Shown here in pieces: positions 50,110 through 59,888 of a stretch of DNA of 64,000 bases (position 1 is its first letter; each line of letters opens with the position of its first letter). The stretch is from positions 49,237 to 113,236 of the forward strand of contig CAMTVD010000022.1 of the NCBI GenBank assembly GCA_947085095.1, in the 5' to 3' direction. A program made the translations under genes and the position numbers. A model generated the notes under the pieces. The model searched no databases and was not told the origin of the DNA. It worked only from the letters and a program-made list of their open reading frames with translations. The stretch comes from an uncultured Thermus sp. GTDB lineage: Bacteria > Deinococcota > Deinococci > Deinococcales > Thermaceae.

Positions 50110-50419
50110 GGCGAGGCTTTTCGTGAAGGGGCGGGCCTTCCTCCTGGACCTGGGGGAGGAGGTGGCCCTTTACACCGAAGGGGGGCCGAGGTGGGCCCGC
50201 TACCTCCTGGTGGGCCGGGTCTCCCCTGCGGAGGTCCTGAGGCTTGGCCTTCCCCGGGCTGGGGTCCTCCACTACCCCCTGGCCGTGGATCCTCTGGACT
50301 TCGCCTGGGAAGGGGGGACCCTGGCCTTCCCCGGGCTTCGGGTCTATTTGCAAGGCCCACCCGAGTTCGTGGAGACCCCCTACTACGCCTGGGTAGTAAG
50401 ATGGTCCCCGTGGACCTAA
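50090..50419 (+). CDS. Hypothetical protein overlapping the btuD end
   Basis: ATG 50090 after GGAGG; 109 aa (MSTWTDRARLF...), GC3-rich. Confidence 0.65.
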   Translation: MSTWTDRARLFVKGRAFLLDLGEEVALYTEGGPRWARYLLVGRVSPAEVLRLGLPRAGVLHYPLAVDPLDFAWEGGTLAFPGLRVYLQGPPEFVETPYYAWVVRWSPWT

Positions 50420-50943
50420 AGGGGTTTTACGCCTACCTCCTCTGGTCCAGGGGGGCCCTGTGGCGGACCTTGGAGGGGGTGCCTGAGGCGGCCCTGGAAA
50501 GGCCCGTGGTGCCCCGAAAAGACCTCAGGAGCGTGAAGGCCCTCCTCCTGCACACGGCGGTGGTGGAGGACGGCTGGCTCCACGAGGAGATCCTCAGGGT
50601 CCCCATGGTCCTTACGGGCTTCCCCGGGGTGGAGGCGGCCTTGCCCCGGGAGGGGGAGGGCCTTCCCCTGAGGGCGCTTCGGGCCTACCAGGAGGCCGTG
50701 GGCCGGGCCACCTGGGCCTTTCTCCAGGACCCTAAGGTGGGGGAGGTGGTGGCCCTGCACGATGCCCCAGAGGAGCGCCACCTTTCGCAGGACCTCCTAT
50801 GGCACGCTTTTCTGCACGAGGTGCGGCATTCCGCCCAGGCGGTCCTCCTCCTGCGCCTTCTGGGGGTGGAGCCCCCCGCTTTGGACCTCTACTTTTTCCT
50901 GAGGGAAGAGGCCACGAAAGGAGGCCAAGGTGAAGTTTTCTAG
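50410..50943 (+). CDS. DinB-family metalloprotein
   Basis: SVKALLLHTAVVEDGW and WHAFLHEVRH His motifs; GTG 50410 has TAAGAT 7 nt upstream (alternative ATG 50401). Confidence 0.8.
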   Translation: MDLKGFYAYLLWSRGALWRTLEGVPEAALERPVVPRKDLRSVKALLLHTAVVEDGWLHEEILRVPMVLTGFPGVEAALPREGEGLPLRALRAYQEAVGRATWAFLQDPKVGEVVALHDAPEERHLSQDLLWHAFLHEVRHSAQAVLLLRLLGVEPPALDLYFFLREEATKGGQGEVF

Positions 50944-52096
50944 ACTGGATGCCTACCTGAGGCGGGCGGTGGAGGAGGGCTGGCTTCCCGGGGCCGTGGC
51001 CCTGGTGGCCCGGGAGGGGGAGGTGGTCTTCCATGGGGTCTACGGATTCCTGGACCCCGTGGGGGGTGCCCCCATGCCCGAGGACGCCCTCTTCCGCCTC
51101 TACTCCATGACCAAGCCCTGGGTTTCGGCCCTGGCCCTGACCTTCGTGGAGGAAGGGGAGCTTTCCCTCCTGGACCCCCTGGAGAAGTACCTCCCCGCCC
51201 TCTCCCCGCTCCAGGTGGGGCGGGAGGTGGGGGAGGAGGTGCGCCTCGAGGCCCTGAAGACCCCCCTCACCGTCTACGACCTCCTCCGCCACACGGCGGG
51301 CTTTACCTACGGGGTTTTCTTCCACTCCCCGGTGAAGCGCCTCTACCTGGAGGCGGGGGTGGACCGGTACGACCTGGACCGGGAAACTTTCTTGGAAAGG
51401 CTTTCCCAGCTTCCCCTTCGCTTCCAGCCTGGGGAGGCCTTTGAGTACGGGCTTTCCACCGACGTTCTGGGGCACCTCCTCGAGGCCCTCTCCGGGAAGA
51501 GCCTGGCGGCGCTCTTGGAAGAGAGGGTCTTCCACCCCCTGGGGATGCGGGACTCGGGCTTCGTGGCCAAGGACCCTGCCCGCCTGGCCAAGCCCTTTCC
51601 CAAGGACCCGGAGACGGGGCGGAGCGTCCGCCTCCTGCCCGTGGAGGAGGAGCCCCCCAGGTATGCGGGGGGCATGGGGGGCGTGGGCACGGCGGGGGAT
51701 TACCTGCGCTTCCTCGAGGCCCTGCGCAGCGGGCGGGGCCTTCTCTCCCCGGCCCTTTCCCGCCTCATGACCCAGGACCACCTGGGGCCCTTGGCCTTTG
51801 AGGGGATGCGCCGGGGGCCGGAGTACATGCCGGGGCCGGGGTACGGCTTCGGCCTGGGGGTGGCCGTGCGGCTATCCGGCATGGGGCTCGCCCCCGGGAA
51901 CCCCGGGGAGTGGCACTGGGCGGGCTTCGGCGGCACCCACTTCTTCGTGGACCCAGGGCTTGGGCTCACGGCCCTGCTCCTCGCCCAGGCCCCCAACCTT
52001 CTCTCGGTCCTGGAGCCGGAGAGGGCCCTCCACTCCCGCTACGGGAGCCGGCTCTGGCTCACCTTCCGCTCCCTGGTCTACCAGGGCCTGGACTGA
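50930..52096 (+). CDS. Serine hydrolase, beta-lactamase class C/EstB-like
   Basis: FRLYSMTK (SxxK), LLRHTAG, FEYG, WAGFGGT. Confidence 0.9.
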   Translation: MKFSRLDAYLRRAVEEGWLPGAVALVAREGEVVFHGVYGFLDPVGGAPMPEDALFRLYSMTKPWVSALALTFVEEGELSLLDPLEKYLPALSPLQVGREVGEEVRLEALKTPLTVYDLLRHTAGFTYGVFFHSPVKRLYLEAGVDRYDLDRETFLERLSQLPLRFQPGEAFEYGLSTDVLGHLLEALSGKSLAALLEERVFHPLGMRDSGFVAKDPARLAKPFPKDPETGRSVRLLPVEEEPPRYAGGMGGVGTAGDYLRFLEALRSGRGLLSPALSRLMTQDHLGPLAFEGMRRGPEYMPGPGYGFGLGVAVRLSGMGLAPGNPGEWHWAGFGGTHFFVDPGLGLTALLLAQAPNLLSVLEPERALHSRYGSRLWLTFRSLVYQGLD

Positions 52097-53091
52097 AGGA
52101 TGCGCTCCACGGCCTCCAGGACCTGGGGGATGTCCTCGTCCCTCAGGTCCCGGTGGGTGACGAGGCGCACCCGCTTCCCCACAACCCCCGCCAGGACCCC
52201 CTGGGCCTTGAGGCGCTCCAGGAAGCCTTGGGGATCTGGAATCTCCACGTAGACCATGTTGGTCTCCGCCGGCCCCACCTTGAGCCCCATGCGGGCCAGG
52301 CCCTCCGCCAGGGCTCGGGCCAGCTCGTGGTCCCGCTTGAGGTGCTTGGGGCCTTCCGTGAGGGCCAGAATCCCCGCCGCCGCCAGGATGCCCGCCTGCC
52401 GGAGGCCACCCCCCAGGAGCTTGCGGTAGCGCCGGGCCTCGGGCTCCAGGTCCTTGGGCAAAAGAAGGAGGCTCCCCACCGGGGCCCCCAGGCCCTTGGA
52501 GAGGGAGACCATGAGGGTGGTGAAGCCCTGGGCCAAAGCCTTCGCCTCCACCCCCAAAAAGGTGGCGGCGTTGAAGAGGCGGGCCCCGTCCAGGTGGGTG
52601 GGAAGCCCGTGGGCTTTGGCCAGGACCTGGACCTCCCTTTGGACCTCCAGGGGCACCACCCGTCCCCCCGCCAGGTTGTGGGTGTTCTCCAGGGCGATGA
52701 GGCCCGTGTGGGCCTGGAAGGGCCCTTGGCGCACCGCCTCTCTCAGGGCCTCGAGGTCCGGCACCCCTCCGGGGGCGGGCACGGGCCGGACCAGGGCCCC
52801 GGAGAGGAGGGCGGGGGCCCCAAGCTCGTACTCGTAGAGGTGGGCCCCCTCGGGGGCCAGAACCTCGCTTCCCCGGCCCAGGTGCAAAAGGAGGGCCACC
52901 TGGTTGGCCATGGTGCCCGTGGGCATGAAGATGGCCCGCTCAAAGCCCAAAAGCTCGGCCGCCAGGGCCTCGAGGCGGTTCACCGTGGGGTCTTCCCCGT
53001 AGACGTCGTCCCCCACCTCGGCCTCGGCCATGGCCCGGCGCATGGCCGGGGTGGGGCGGGTCACGGTGTCGCTCCGCAGGTCTATGGGCAT
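52078..53091 (-). CDS. ltaE: Low-specificity L-threonine aldolase
   Basis: DLRSDTVTRPT, GDDVYGEDPT, GTMAN, ENTHN, HLDGARLFNA, SKGLGAPVGS. Confidence 0.93.
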   Translation of the reverse strand: MPIDLRSDTVTRPTPAMRRAMAEAEVGDDVYGEDPTVNRLEALAAELLGFERAIFMPTGTMANQVALLLHLGRGSEVLAPEGAHLYEYELGAPALLSGALVRPVPAPGGVPDLEALREAVRQGPFQAHTGLIALENTHNLAGGRVVPLEVQREVQVLAKAHGLPTHLDGARLFNAATFLGVEAKALAQGFTTLMVSLSKGLGAPVGSLLLLPKDLEPEARRYRKLLGGGLRQAGILAAAGILALTEGPKHLKRDHELARALAEGLARMGLKVGPAETNMVYVEIPDPQGFLERLKAQGVLAGVVGKRVRLVTHRDLRDEDIPQVLEAVERILQSRPW

Positions 53092-53095
53092 GCCC

Positions 53096-53755
53096 CTAGC
53101 CTAAAGGCTCCACGGCCACCGCTTGGGCCAGCTCCTGGGGCAGGAGGTAGACCTCCCCGCCCACCCGCACCCGCACCCCGCCTTCCCTCTCCAGGACCTC
53201 CAGGGGCGCTCCCGGCACCAGGCCCAGCCGGGCGAGGAGGTTCAGCGTGCCCCGGTCCTGGACCAAGGCCCGCACCACCCGGGCCCTGCCCAGGGGGGCC
53301 TCGGCCAGGGGGAGGCCCCGCCCCTGGGGCAGGGTGAGCTCCCGGGTGGGGATGGGGTCCCCGTGGGGATCAAAAGGGGGGTGGCCCAGGGCCTCGGCGA
53401 TGCGCTCCTCCAGGGCCTCGCTGATCACGTGCTCCAGCCTTTCCGCCTCCTGGTGGACCTCTTCCCAGCCGTAGCCTAGGGCCTGGTGCAGGTAGGTTTC
53501 CAGGAGGCGGTGGTGGCGCAGGACCTCCAGGGCCACCCTCCGCCCCGCCTCCGTGAGCCTTGCCCCCCGGTAGGGGAGGTGGACCACCAGACCCAGGGCG
53601 GAAAGCTTCTTCAGCATCTCCGTCACCGATGGAGGCTTCACCCCCATCCTTGCCGCCAGGGCCTGGGTAGACACCGGCCCCCCCAGGGTTTCCTCCAGGG
53701 CGAAAAGGTGCTTCAGGTAGTCCTCCTGGGCTTCGGAGAGGGGCGGGCGGGCCAT
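53096..53755 (-). CDS. mntR: DtxR/MntR-family metal-dependent repressor with FeoA domain
   Basis: EDYLK, SVTEMLKKL, RHHRLLE, EAERLEH, DPHGDPIP. Confidence 0.88.
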   Translation of the reverse strand: MARPPLSEAQEDYLKHLFALEETLGGPVSTQALAARMGVKPPSVTEMLKKLSALGLVVHLPYRGARLTEAGRRVALEVLRHHRLLETYLHQALGYGWEEVHQEAERLEHVISEALEERIAEALGHPPFDPHGDPIPTRELTLPQGRGLPLAEAPLGRARVVRALVQDRGTLNLLARLGLVPGAPLEVLEREGGVRVRVGGEVYLLPQELAQAVAVEPLG

Positions 53756-53778
53756 CCCCCTAAAGGTAGCATGGGGGC

Positions 53779-55356
53779 ATGGACCTCACCCAGTACCCCT
53801 ACCCTTCCCGCCGCCACGTGGTCTTGGGAAAGCGGGGGGCGGTGGCCACCAGCCAGCCCCTGGCGGCTTTGGCGGGGATGGAGATCCTGTGGAAAGGGGG
53901 AAGCGCCGTGGACGCCGCCCTCGCCATGGCCGCCTGTCTCACCGTGGTGGAGCCCACCTCCAACGGCATCGGGGGAGACCTTTTCGCCCTGGTCTGGGAC
54001 GGGGAGCTCCACGGGCTCAATGCCTCGGGGAAAAGCCCCCTGGCCCTCACCCCCGAGAGGCTTCCCGAGGGGCGGATGCCCGAGCGGGGCTGGCTGCCCG
54101 TGACCGTGCCCGGGGCCGTGTCCGGCTGGCGGGCCCTGCACGAGCGCTGGGGGAGGCTTCCCTTCCCGGAGGTCCTGGCCCCCGCCATCCGCCACGCCGA
54201 GGAGGGCTTTCCCGTGGGTCCGGAGACGGCCCGGGCCTGGCGGCGGGCGGAAGGGGTGTACCTCTCCCTCCAAGACCCCGAGTTCCGGGCCTTCCAGGAG
54301 GTCTTCTTCCCCCATGGCCGGGCCCCCAGGGCGGGGGAGGTGTGGCGGAGCCCCCTCCACGCCAGGACCCTGAGGGAGCTAGGAGAAAGCTATGGGGAAA
54401 GCCTCTACCGGGGTCCCTTGGCCCAGGCCCTGGCCCGCTTCAGCGAGGCTACCGGAGGCCTCCTTTCCCGGGAAGACCTCGAGGCCCACGCCCCGGAGTG
54501 GGTGAGGCCCCTTTCCACCCAGTACAAGGACCTCACCGTCTTTGAGCTTCCCCCCAACGGCCAGGGGGTGGCCGTCCTCCTGGCCCTGAACATCCTGGAG
54601 GGGCTGGACCTCCGGCCCGAGGACCCCTTGAGCTACCACCTGCAGATAGAGGCCATGCGCCTGGCTCTGGCGGACACCTACCGCTTCGTGGCCGACCCCA
54701 GGCACATGGAGCTTGCCCCTGAGGCCTTCCTCTCCAAGGCCTACGCGGCGGAGAGGCGGAGGCTCATCGGGGAAAGGGCCCTTCCCATCGCCCTTCCTGG
54801 CCTCAAGCCCGAGGGCACCGTCTACCTGGCGGCGGCGGATGGGGAGGTCATGGTTTCCCTCATCCAGTCCAACTACCAGGGCTTCGGCTCCGGGGTGCTG
54901 GTGCCGGGGACGGGCATTGCCCTGCAGAACCGGGGCCTTGGTTTCACCTTGGAAGAGGGACATCCCAACCGGGTGGGCCCAGGGAAACGGCCCTTCCACA
55001 CCATCATCCCCGGCTTCCTCGCCCAGGAGGGAAGGCCCCTTGGGCCCTTCGGGGTCATGGGGGGGTTCATGCAGCCCCAAGGGCACGTGCAGGTGGTCCT
55101 GGGCCTGGTGGACTTCGGCCTCAACCCCCAGGCCGCCCTGGACCGCCCCCGCTGGCAGGTGCTCCCGGGAGGGGAGGTCCTCCTGGAGCCCGGCATCCCC
55201 CAGGCCGCAGCCCTCTTTCTCAAGGACCTGGGGCACAGGGTGCGCTACGAGGCGGAGTACGCCGCCTTTGGCCGGGGCCAGATGGTCCTCAGGCTGGGGG
55301 AGGCCCTTTGCGCCGCCTCCGACCCCCGGGCGGAGGGGATGGCCTTGGCCCTTTAG
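53779..55356 (+). CDS. ggt: Gamma-glutamyltransferase family protein
   Basis: GGSAVDAA, EPTSNGIGGD, PPNGQG, GTVYL (Thr nucleophile), GKRPFHTIIP, MGGFMQPQG, SDPRAEG. Confidence 0.9.
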   Translation: MDLTQYPYPSRRHVVLGKRGAVATSQPLAALAGMEILWKGGSAVDAALAMAACLTVVEPTSNGIGGDLFALVWDGELHGLNASGKSPLALTPERLPEGRMPERGWLPVTVPGAVSGWRALHERWGRLPFPEVLAPAIRHAEEGFPVGPETARAWRRAEGVYLSLQDPEFRAFQEVFFPHGRAPRAGEVWRSPLHARTLRELGESYGESLYRGPLAQALARFSEATGGLLSREDLEAHAPEWVRPLSTQYKDLTVFELPPNGQGVAVLLALNILEGLDLRPEDPLSYHLQIEAMRLALADTYRFVADPRHMELAPEAFLSKAYAAERRRLIGERALPIALPGLKPEGTVYLAAADGEVMVSLIQSNYQGFGSGVLVPGTGIALQNRGLGFTLEEGHPNRVGPGKRPFHTIIPGFLAQEGRPLGPFGVMGGFMQPQGHVQVVLGLVDFGLNPQAALDRPRWQVLPGGEVLLEPGIPQAAALFLKDLGHRVRYEAEYAAFGRGQMVLRLGEALCAASDPRAEGMALAL

Positions 55357-55382
55357 GGCCGAACACCCGAAGAGCGGGAAGG

Positions 55383-56105
55383 CTACAGAGGGTGGGCGAA
55401 GGCCACCAGGTTCTTGGGGCCGAGGAGGACGGAAAGCTCCGGGCAAAGGGGGCTGAAGGTGGCCCGTTCCAGATGTAGACGTTCCCTTAGGAGTTCGGCC
55501 AAGGTCATCTTCCAGGCCGAAACCCCTTCTCCTAAGGCCACCCGCGCCCGCACCTTTCGGCTTCCAAAAGATCCACTCCAGAAACGGACCATGGCCCCCG
55601 GTACCTGCCCCTTGGGGACGGGGAGGGGCGGGAGACGGAAAGCATCTCCCTCGAGGGCGAAAAGAGCCCAAAACCCCAGGTCCAGGACTAGCCCTCCTCC
55701 GGGAGGAAGCCAGCCTAGGGTCCTGAGTCGCTCCGGTTCTCCCGAGGCCAGGTAAAGCTTTCCTTCCCGCTCTATCCGTCGGAGCTCGGCCATCACTTCT
55801 AGAGGTTCCAGCCTTCCCGCCATTTCCGCTGCCCGCTCGGCCAGGGCGGCCAGGCCTGGACCGAAGAGGGGCGTGGGGTGGAGATGGAGACGGCGAGGAA
55901 AGGTTTGGGCTAACGCTTCTCCCAAGGCCAGGTGGCCCCCGAAGGGGGGCTTGGCCAGGATGAGGAGGACCTGGTCGTAAAGGGAAAGGAGGGATTCAAC
56001 CGCTTCCCTAAGCCCCTCCTTAGCCGGGTCCCAGATCCGTATCCCCAGCTCTAGGGCTTTTTCCCCGAGCCCGGCTCCCTTTTCGGTGAGGACCACCAGT
56101 TCCAT
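55383..56105 (-). CDS. Divergent DegV/FakB-like protein lacking canonical motifs
   Basis: Aligns by eye colinearly with DegV 7414-8256 (LVVLTE/ALVTD; YDQVLLI/ADHVLSI; EVMAELRRI/EVLKELERI; LLGP..AFAHPL/HTGP..GFYAYSL); ATG 56105 has TACGTT 6 nt upstream. Confidence 0.6.
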   Translation of the reverse strand: MELVVLTEKGAGLGEKALELGIRIWDPAKEGLREAVESLLSLYDQVLLILAKPPFGGHLALGEALAQTFPRRLHLHPTPLFGPGLAALAERAAEMAGRLEPLEVMAELRRIEREGKLYLASGEPERLRTLGWLPPGGGLVLDLGFWALFALEGDAFRLPPLPVPKGQVPGAMVRFWSGSFGSRKVRARVALGEGVSAWKMTLAELLRERLHLERATFSPLCPELSVLLGPKNLVAFAHPL

Positions 56106-56191
56106 ACCCCTAACGTACACCGCGCATCCAAGACTTTTGTCCTGAGCAGGGGCCCTGGACTAGGGATTGCCTTGCCGCCCGCCCCCACCCC

Positions 56192-56220
56192 TTGCGCGGT
56201 TTCCCGGCCCGTGGTATGTT
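56192..56220 (+). promoter_or_regulatory. Sigma-A promoter of the Liv-like ABC operon
   Basis: TTGCGC-17nt-TATGTT. Confidence 0.55.
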
Positions 56221-56250
56221 TACCGCAAACTAAGGAGCAAGGAGGCGAAC

Positions 56251-57435
56251 ATGAAGCGCAGAGAGTTCTTGAAGAGGCTGGGTGTGGGTTCCTTGGCGGC
56301 GGTGGGCATGCCCTATATCGCCACCGCCCAGGCCAGGCCGGTGAAGCTGGCGGTCCTCCTTCCCCTCACCGGCCCCTTCGCCTTCGCCGGCAACGCGGGG
56401 CGGGAGGGGTTCGTGGACGGGGTGGACTACGTGAACGAGGTCCTGGGAGGTATCGCCGGGCGCAGGCTGGAGCTCATCGTGGAGGACACGGGCTACGACG
56501 TGGCCAGGGGCACGGCGGCCTTCAACCGTGTCCTCGCCCGGGAGCGGCCCGACGAGCTCCTCTTCGTCTACGGGGACTCCACCGGCCTTTCCAAGGCCCT
56601 GGCCCCGGAGATCGCCCGCCTGGGCCTCCCTTACTCCGCCACCAGCTTCGCCAACGAGCTGGCTGACCCCAAGACCTACCCCACCATCTTCGTCTTCGGT
56701 CCCACCTACAACGACATGATGGAAGCCCTCCTGCGCCAGATCCGCTTGCAGAAAGGGCGGGCCAGGATCGCCCTGGTCTACTCCAACACCGAGTTCGGCC
56801 GCGACCCCATCCCCTACGCCAAGGAGCGGGCCAAGGCTCTGGGCATGGAGGTGGTGCACGAGGAGGTCACGCCCCCCGCCTTCACCGACGCCACCCCCGT
56901 GGTCCTGAACCTGCGCCGGGCCAACCCCGACTTCGTCATCCTCCAGGGCTACGCCCTCTCTGTGGAGCCCCTGATCCTAAGGGTTGCCCGGGAGCAGGGT
57001 CTGCGGGCCCAGTTCATGGGCACCTACTACTCCGCTGAGCTGGCCCTCATCCAGCGGGCGGGGCCGGCCGCCGAGGGGTTCACCGTCACCTACCACAACC
57101 CCTACTGGTACGAGGCCCTGGTACCCGCCGTGGACGAGATGCGCAAGTTCCGCGAGCGGAAGGGCCGGGACACTTCCTACCGCCCCACCTACTACATGGG
57201 GAGCCTGGCCGTGGCCCTGGCCGTGGCCGAGGCCATGCGGCGGGCGGCTCAGGCGGGCAAGGCCACCCGGGCGGGGGTGGTGGAGTACCTGGGGAAGCTG
57301 GAGGACTACAATGCCCTGGGCCTTTCCCGGAGCTTCCAGTTCGTGAACCACCGGATTCCCTACACCAAGCTCTACCGGGCTAGCGTCAAGGACGGGCGCT
57401 TCAACGCCATCACCGACTGGATCAAGCTGGCCTAG
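56251..57435 (+). CDS. LivJ/K-like (type I) ABC substrate-binding protein with Tat signal
   Basis: KRREFLK twin-arginine motif; PLTGPFA, GGIAGRRLELIVEDTGY, EFGRDP; SD GGAGG. Confidence 0.9.
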   Translation: MKRREFLKRLGVGSLAAVGMPYIATAQARPVKLAVLLPLTGPFAFAGNAGREGFVDGVDYVNEVLGGIAGRRLELIVEDTGYDVARGTAAFNRVLARERPDELLFVYGDSTGLSKALAPEIARLGLPYSATSFANELADPKTYPTIFVFGPTYNDMMEALLRQIRLQKGRARIALVYSNTEFGRDPIPYAKERAKALGMEVVHEEVTPPAFTDATPVVLNLRRANPDFVILQGYALSVEPLILRVAREQGLRAQFMGTYYSAELALIQRAGPAAEGFTVTYHNPYWYEALVPAVDEMRKFRERKGRDTSYRPTYYMGSLAVALAVAEAMRRAAQAGKATRAGVVEYLGKLEDYNALGLSRSFQFVNHRIPYTKLYRASVKDGRFNAITDWIKLA

Positions 57436-57478
57436 GCCCGATCTGGCCCCGGGCCGGTGAAGGCTGGCCCGGGGCGTT

Positions 57479-58366
57479 TTGGAGGCGCTTGTGTCCGACC
57501 TCTTGCCCTATCTCATCGGCGGCCTGGCCAACGGAGCCCTCTACGGCCTCCTGGCCCTGGGTTTTGTTCTGGTCTACCGGGCCACCAGCGTGGTGAACTT
57601 CGCCATCGGGGAGTTCCTCCTGGTGGGGGCCTACCTCACCTACACCTTCGCCCTCTTCCTGCCCCTTCCCTTGGCCATCCTGGCCGCCCTTCCCCTGGCC
57701 TTCCTCTTCGGCCTTCTGGTGGAGCGGGGTTTTGTGCGCCCCCTCCTGGGCAGGAACGTGGTGGCGGTGATCATGGCCACCATCGGGCTGGCCGCGGCCC
57801 TGGACGGGGCGGTGCAGCTCATCTGGGGCCCCGACCTCAAGTACCTCTCGGGGAGCCTGCCCGACCTGGGTTTTGCCGCGGGGGAGGTTTATGTCTCCTC
57901 CCGGGCGGTCTGGAACCTGCTCCTGGCCGTGCCCCTGGGCCTTGGCCTCATCTGGCTCTTGCGCAAAAGCCGCTACGGCATCCTGGTGCGGGCCATCTCC
58001 GAGCGGGAGGTGGCGGCCTTGGCCTTGGGTATCCCCACCTCCCGCATCCTGGCCGGGGTCTGGGGGGTTTCCGCCCTGTTGGCCACCCTGGCGGGGGCCC
58101 TGTTGGCCGTGGCTAGCGGCGTGGGGCACAACCTGGTCTTCTTCGGCCTAAAGGTCTTCCCTGTGGCCATCCTGGGGGGGTTTGACTCGGTGGGGGGGGC
58201 TCTGGTGGCGGGGTTTTTGCTGGGGGCCCTCGAGGCCCTCTCCCAGCGCTACCTGGAGCCTGTCCTGCCCGGGTTCACCGAGGCCCTGCCCTTCGTGGTG
58301 GTCCTCTTGGTGCTCCTCGTTAGGCCCTATGGCCTTTTTGGCGAGCGGCAGATTGAGAGGGTGTGA
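57479..58366 (+). CDS. LivH-like ABC permease
   Basis: GLANGALYGLLALGFVLVY...VVNFA, AILGGFDS, RPYGLFG; start may be GTG 57491. Confidence 0.9.
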   Translation: MEALVSDLLPYLIGGLANGALYGLLALGFVLVYRATSVVNFAIGEFLLVGAYLTYTFALFLPLPLAILAALPLAFLFGLLVERGFVRPLLGRNVVAVIMATIGLAAALDGAVQLIWGPDLKYLSGSLPDLGFAAGEVYVSSRAVWNLLLAVPLGLGLIWLLRKSRYGILVRAISEREVAALALGIPTSRILAGVWGVSALLATLAGALLAVASGVGHNLVFFGLKVFPVAILGGFDSVGGALVAGFLLGALEALSQRYLEPVLPGFTEALPFVVVLLVLLVRPYGLFGERQIERV

Positions 58367-59142
58367 TGCTTTCCGTGGAGAACCTCAAAGTGGTCTACCG
58401 GGGGGTGATCCTGGCCCTGGATGGGGTCTCCCTCGAGGTCAAGGGGGGAGAGGCGGTGGCCCTTCTGGGCCCCAACGGGGCGGGGAAGAGTTCCTTGGTG
58501 AGAGCCATTGCCGGCCTTTTGCCCAAGTTTGAGGGGCGGGTGTTGGACGGGCACATCCGCCTCATGGGCCAGGAGGCCACCCACCTGGATCCCGTGCGCA
58601 TCTCCTCTTTAGGCCTCACGGCCGTCCTCGAGGGCCGCCCCCTCTTCCGCTACCTGACCCCGGTGGAGAATCTGGTGGCGGCGGGGCACCGCCTCTCCCC
58701 CAGGGAGCTCAAGGAGGGCATGGACGAGGTCTTCGCCCGCTTTCCCCGCATCTACGAACGCCGCCACGAGCAGGCGGGCTATCTCTCGGGGGGAGAGCAG
58801 CAGATGCTCCTTTTGGGCATGGCCCTCCTCACCCGGCCCAAGCTCCTGGTGGTGGACGAGCCCTCCTTGGGTCTGGCCCCCAAGCTGGTGGAGGAGGTCA
58901 TGGCCACCCTGGATGCCCTCAGGCGGGAGAAGGGCCTTTCCCTACTCCTGGTGGAGCAGAACGCCCGGGCAGCCCTTTCCATCGTGGACCGGGTCTACGT
59001 GCTGGAGCGGGGCCGGGTGGTCTTTGAAGGGGATGCCAAGGCGGCCAAGGAGGACCAGGACGTGATGGAGTTTTACCTGGGCAAAGAGGAGGTGGGTTTC
59101 CGCCAGGCGCGGCGCTACCGGAGGAGGAAGCGGTGGGTGTGA
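58363..59142 (+). CDS. LivF-like ABC ATP-binding protein
   Basis: GPNGAGKS, LSGGEQQML, DEPSLGLAP, VEQN; C-terminal YRRRKRW tail. Confidence 0.92.
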   Translation: MMLSVENLKVVYRGVILALDGVSLEVKGGEAVALLGPNGAGKSSLVRAIAGLLPKFEGRVLDGHIRLMGQEATHLDPVRISSLGLTAVLEGRPLFRYLTPVENLVAAGHRLSPRELKEGMDEVFARFPRIYERRHEQAGYLSGGEQQMLLLGMALLTRPKLLVVDEPSLGLAPKLVEEVMATLDALRREKGLSLLLVEQNARAALSIVDRVYVLERGRVVFEGDAKAAKEDQDVMEFYLGKEEVGFRQARRYRRRKRWV

Positions 59143-59882
59143 TCCTCGAGGCTAAGAACCTCCACCTCTCCTTCAAGGGCGTGAAGGCCCTGGTGGGGGT
59201 GGAGTTTTCCGTGAGCGAAGGGGAGTTCTTCGCCGTCATCGGGCCCAACGGGGCGGGGAAGACCACGCTTTTAAACGTCCTCTCCGGGGTCTACGAGCCG
59301 GAAAGGGGCGAGGTGGTCTTTCTCGGGGAAAACCTGAGAGGCAAGTCTCCCCAGGAGAGGGCGCGCATGGGCCTGGGGCGCACCTTCCAGGGCCTGGAGA
59401 TCTTCCGGGGGATGAGCGTCTTGGACAACGTCAAGCTGGGAGCGGGGCTGGCCCTGGAGAGCTACCCCCTGGCCCTGCCCAAGGCGGAGCGGGAGTGGCA
59501 ACTCCGGGCCTGGGCGGAGGAGGTTCTGGACTACCTCCACCTCTCCCCCCTCCGCCACCTGCCTGCGGGGATGCTGCCCTACGGCCTGCAGAAGCGGGTG
59601 GAGGTGGCCCGGGCCCTGGCGGGAAGGCCCAAGCTTCTGCTTTTGGACGAGCCCATGGCGGGGCTTTCCCTGGAGGAGAAGCAGGACCTGGCCCGCTTCC
59701 TCCTGGACGCCCGGGAGGAGTGGGGGGTGACCCTCCTCTGGGTGGAGCACGACCTGAGGGCGGTGTTGGAGCTTTCCGATAGGGTCCTCGTCCTCTCCTA
59801 CGGGGAGGTGCTGTACTACGGCTCCCCCTCGGGGGTGCGCAGCGACCCCAAGGTGGTGGAGGCCTATCTGGGCCAGGCGTGA
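59133..59882 (+). CDS. LivG-like ABC ATP-binding protein
   Basis: IGPNGAGKTT, GRTFQ, LPYGLQKRVE, LDEPMAG, VEHD, VVEAYLG. Confidence 0.92.
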   Translation: MGVILEAKNLHLSFKGVKALVGVEFSVSEGEFFAVIGPNGAGKTTLLNVLSGVYEPERGEVVFLGENLRGKSPQERARMGLGRTFQGLEIFRGMSVLDNVKLGAGLALESYPLALPKAEREWQLRAWAEEVLDYLHLSPLRHLPAGMLPYGLQKRVEVARALAGRPKLLLLDEPMAGLSLEEKQDLARFLLDAREEWGVTLLWVEHDLRAVLELSDRVLVLSYGEVLYYGSPSGVRSDPKVVEAYLGQA

Positions 59883-59888
59883 GGGAGT

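Noticed and set aside
50930..52096. Serine hydrolase as an antibiotic-resistance beta-lactamase
   Set aside because: No signal peptide, and it has the LLxHxxG and WxG motifs of cytoplasmic family VIII esterases
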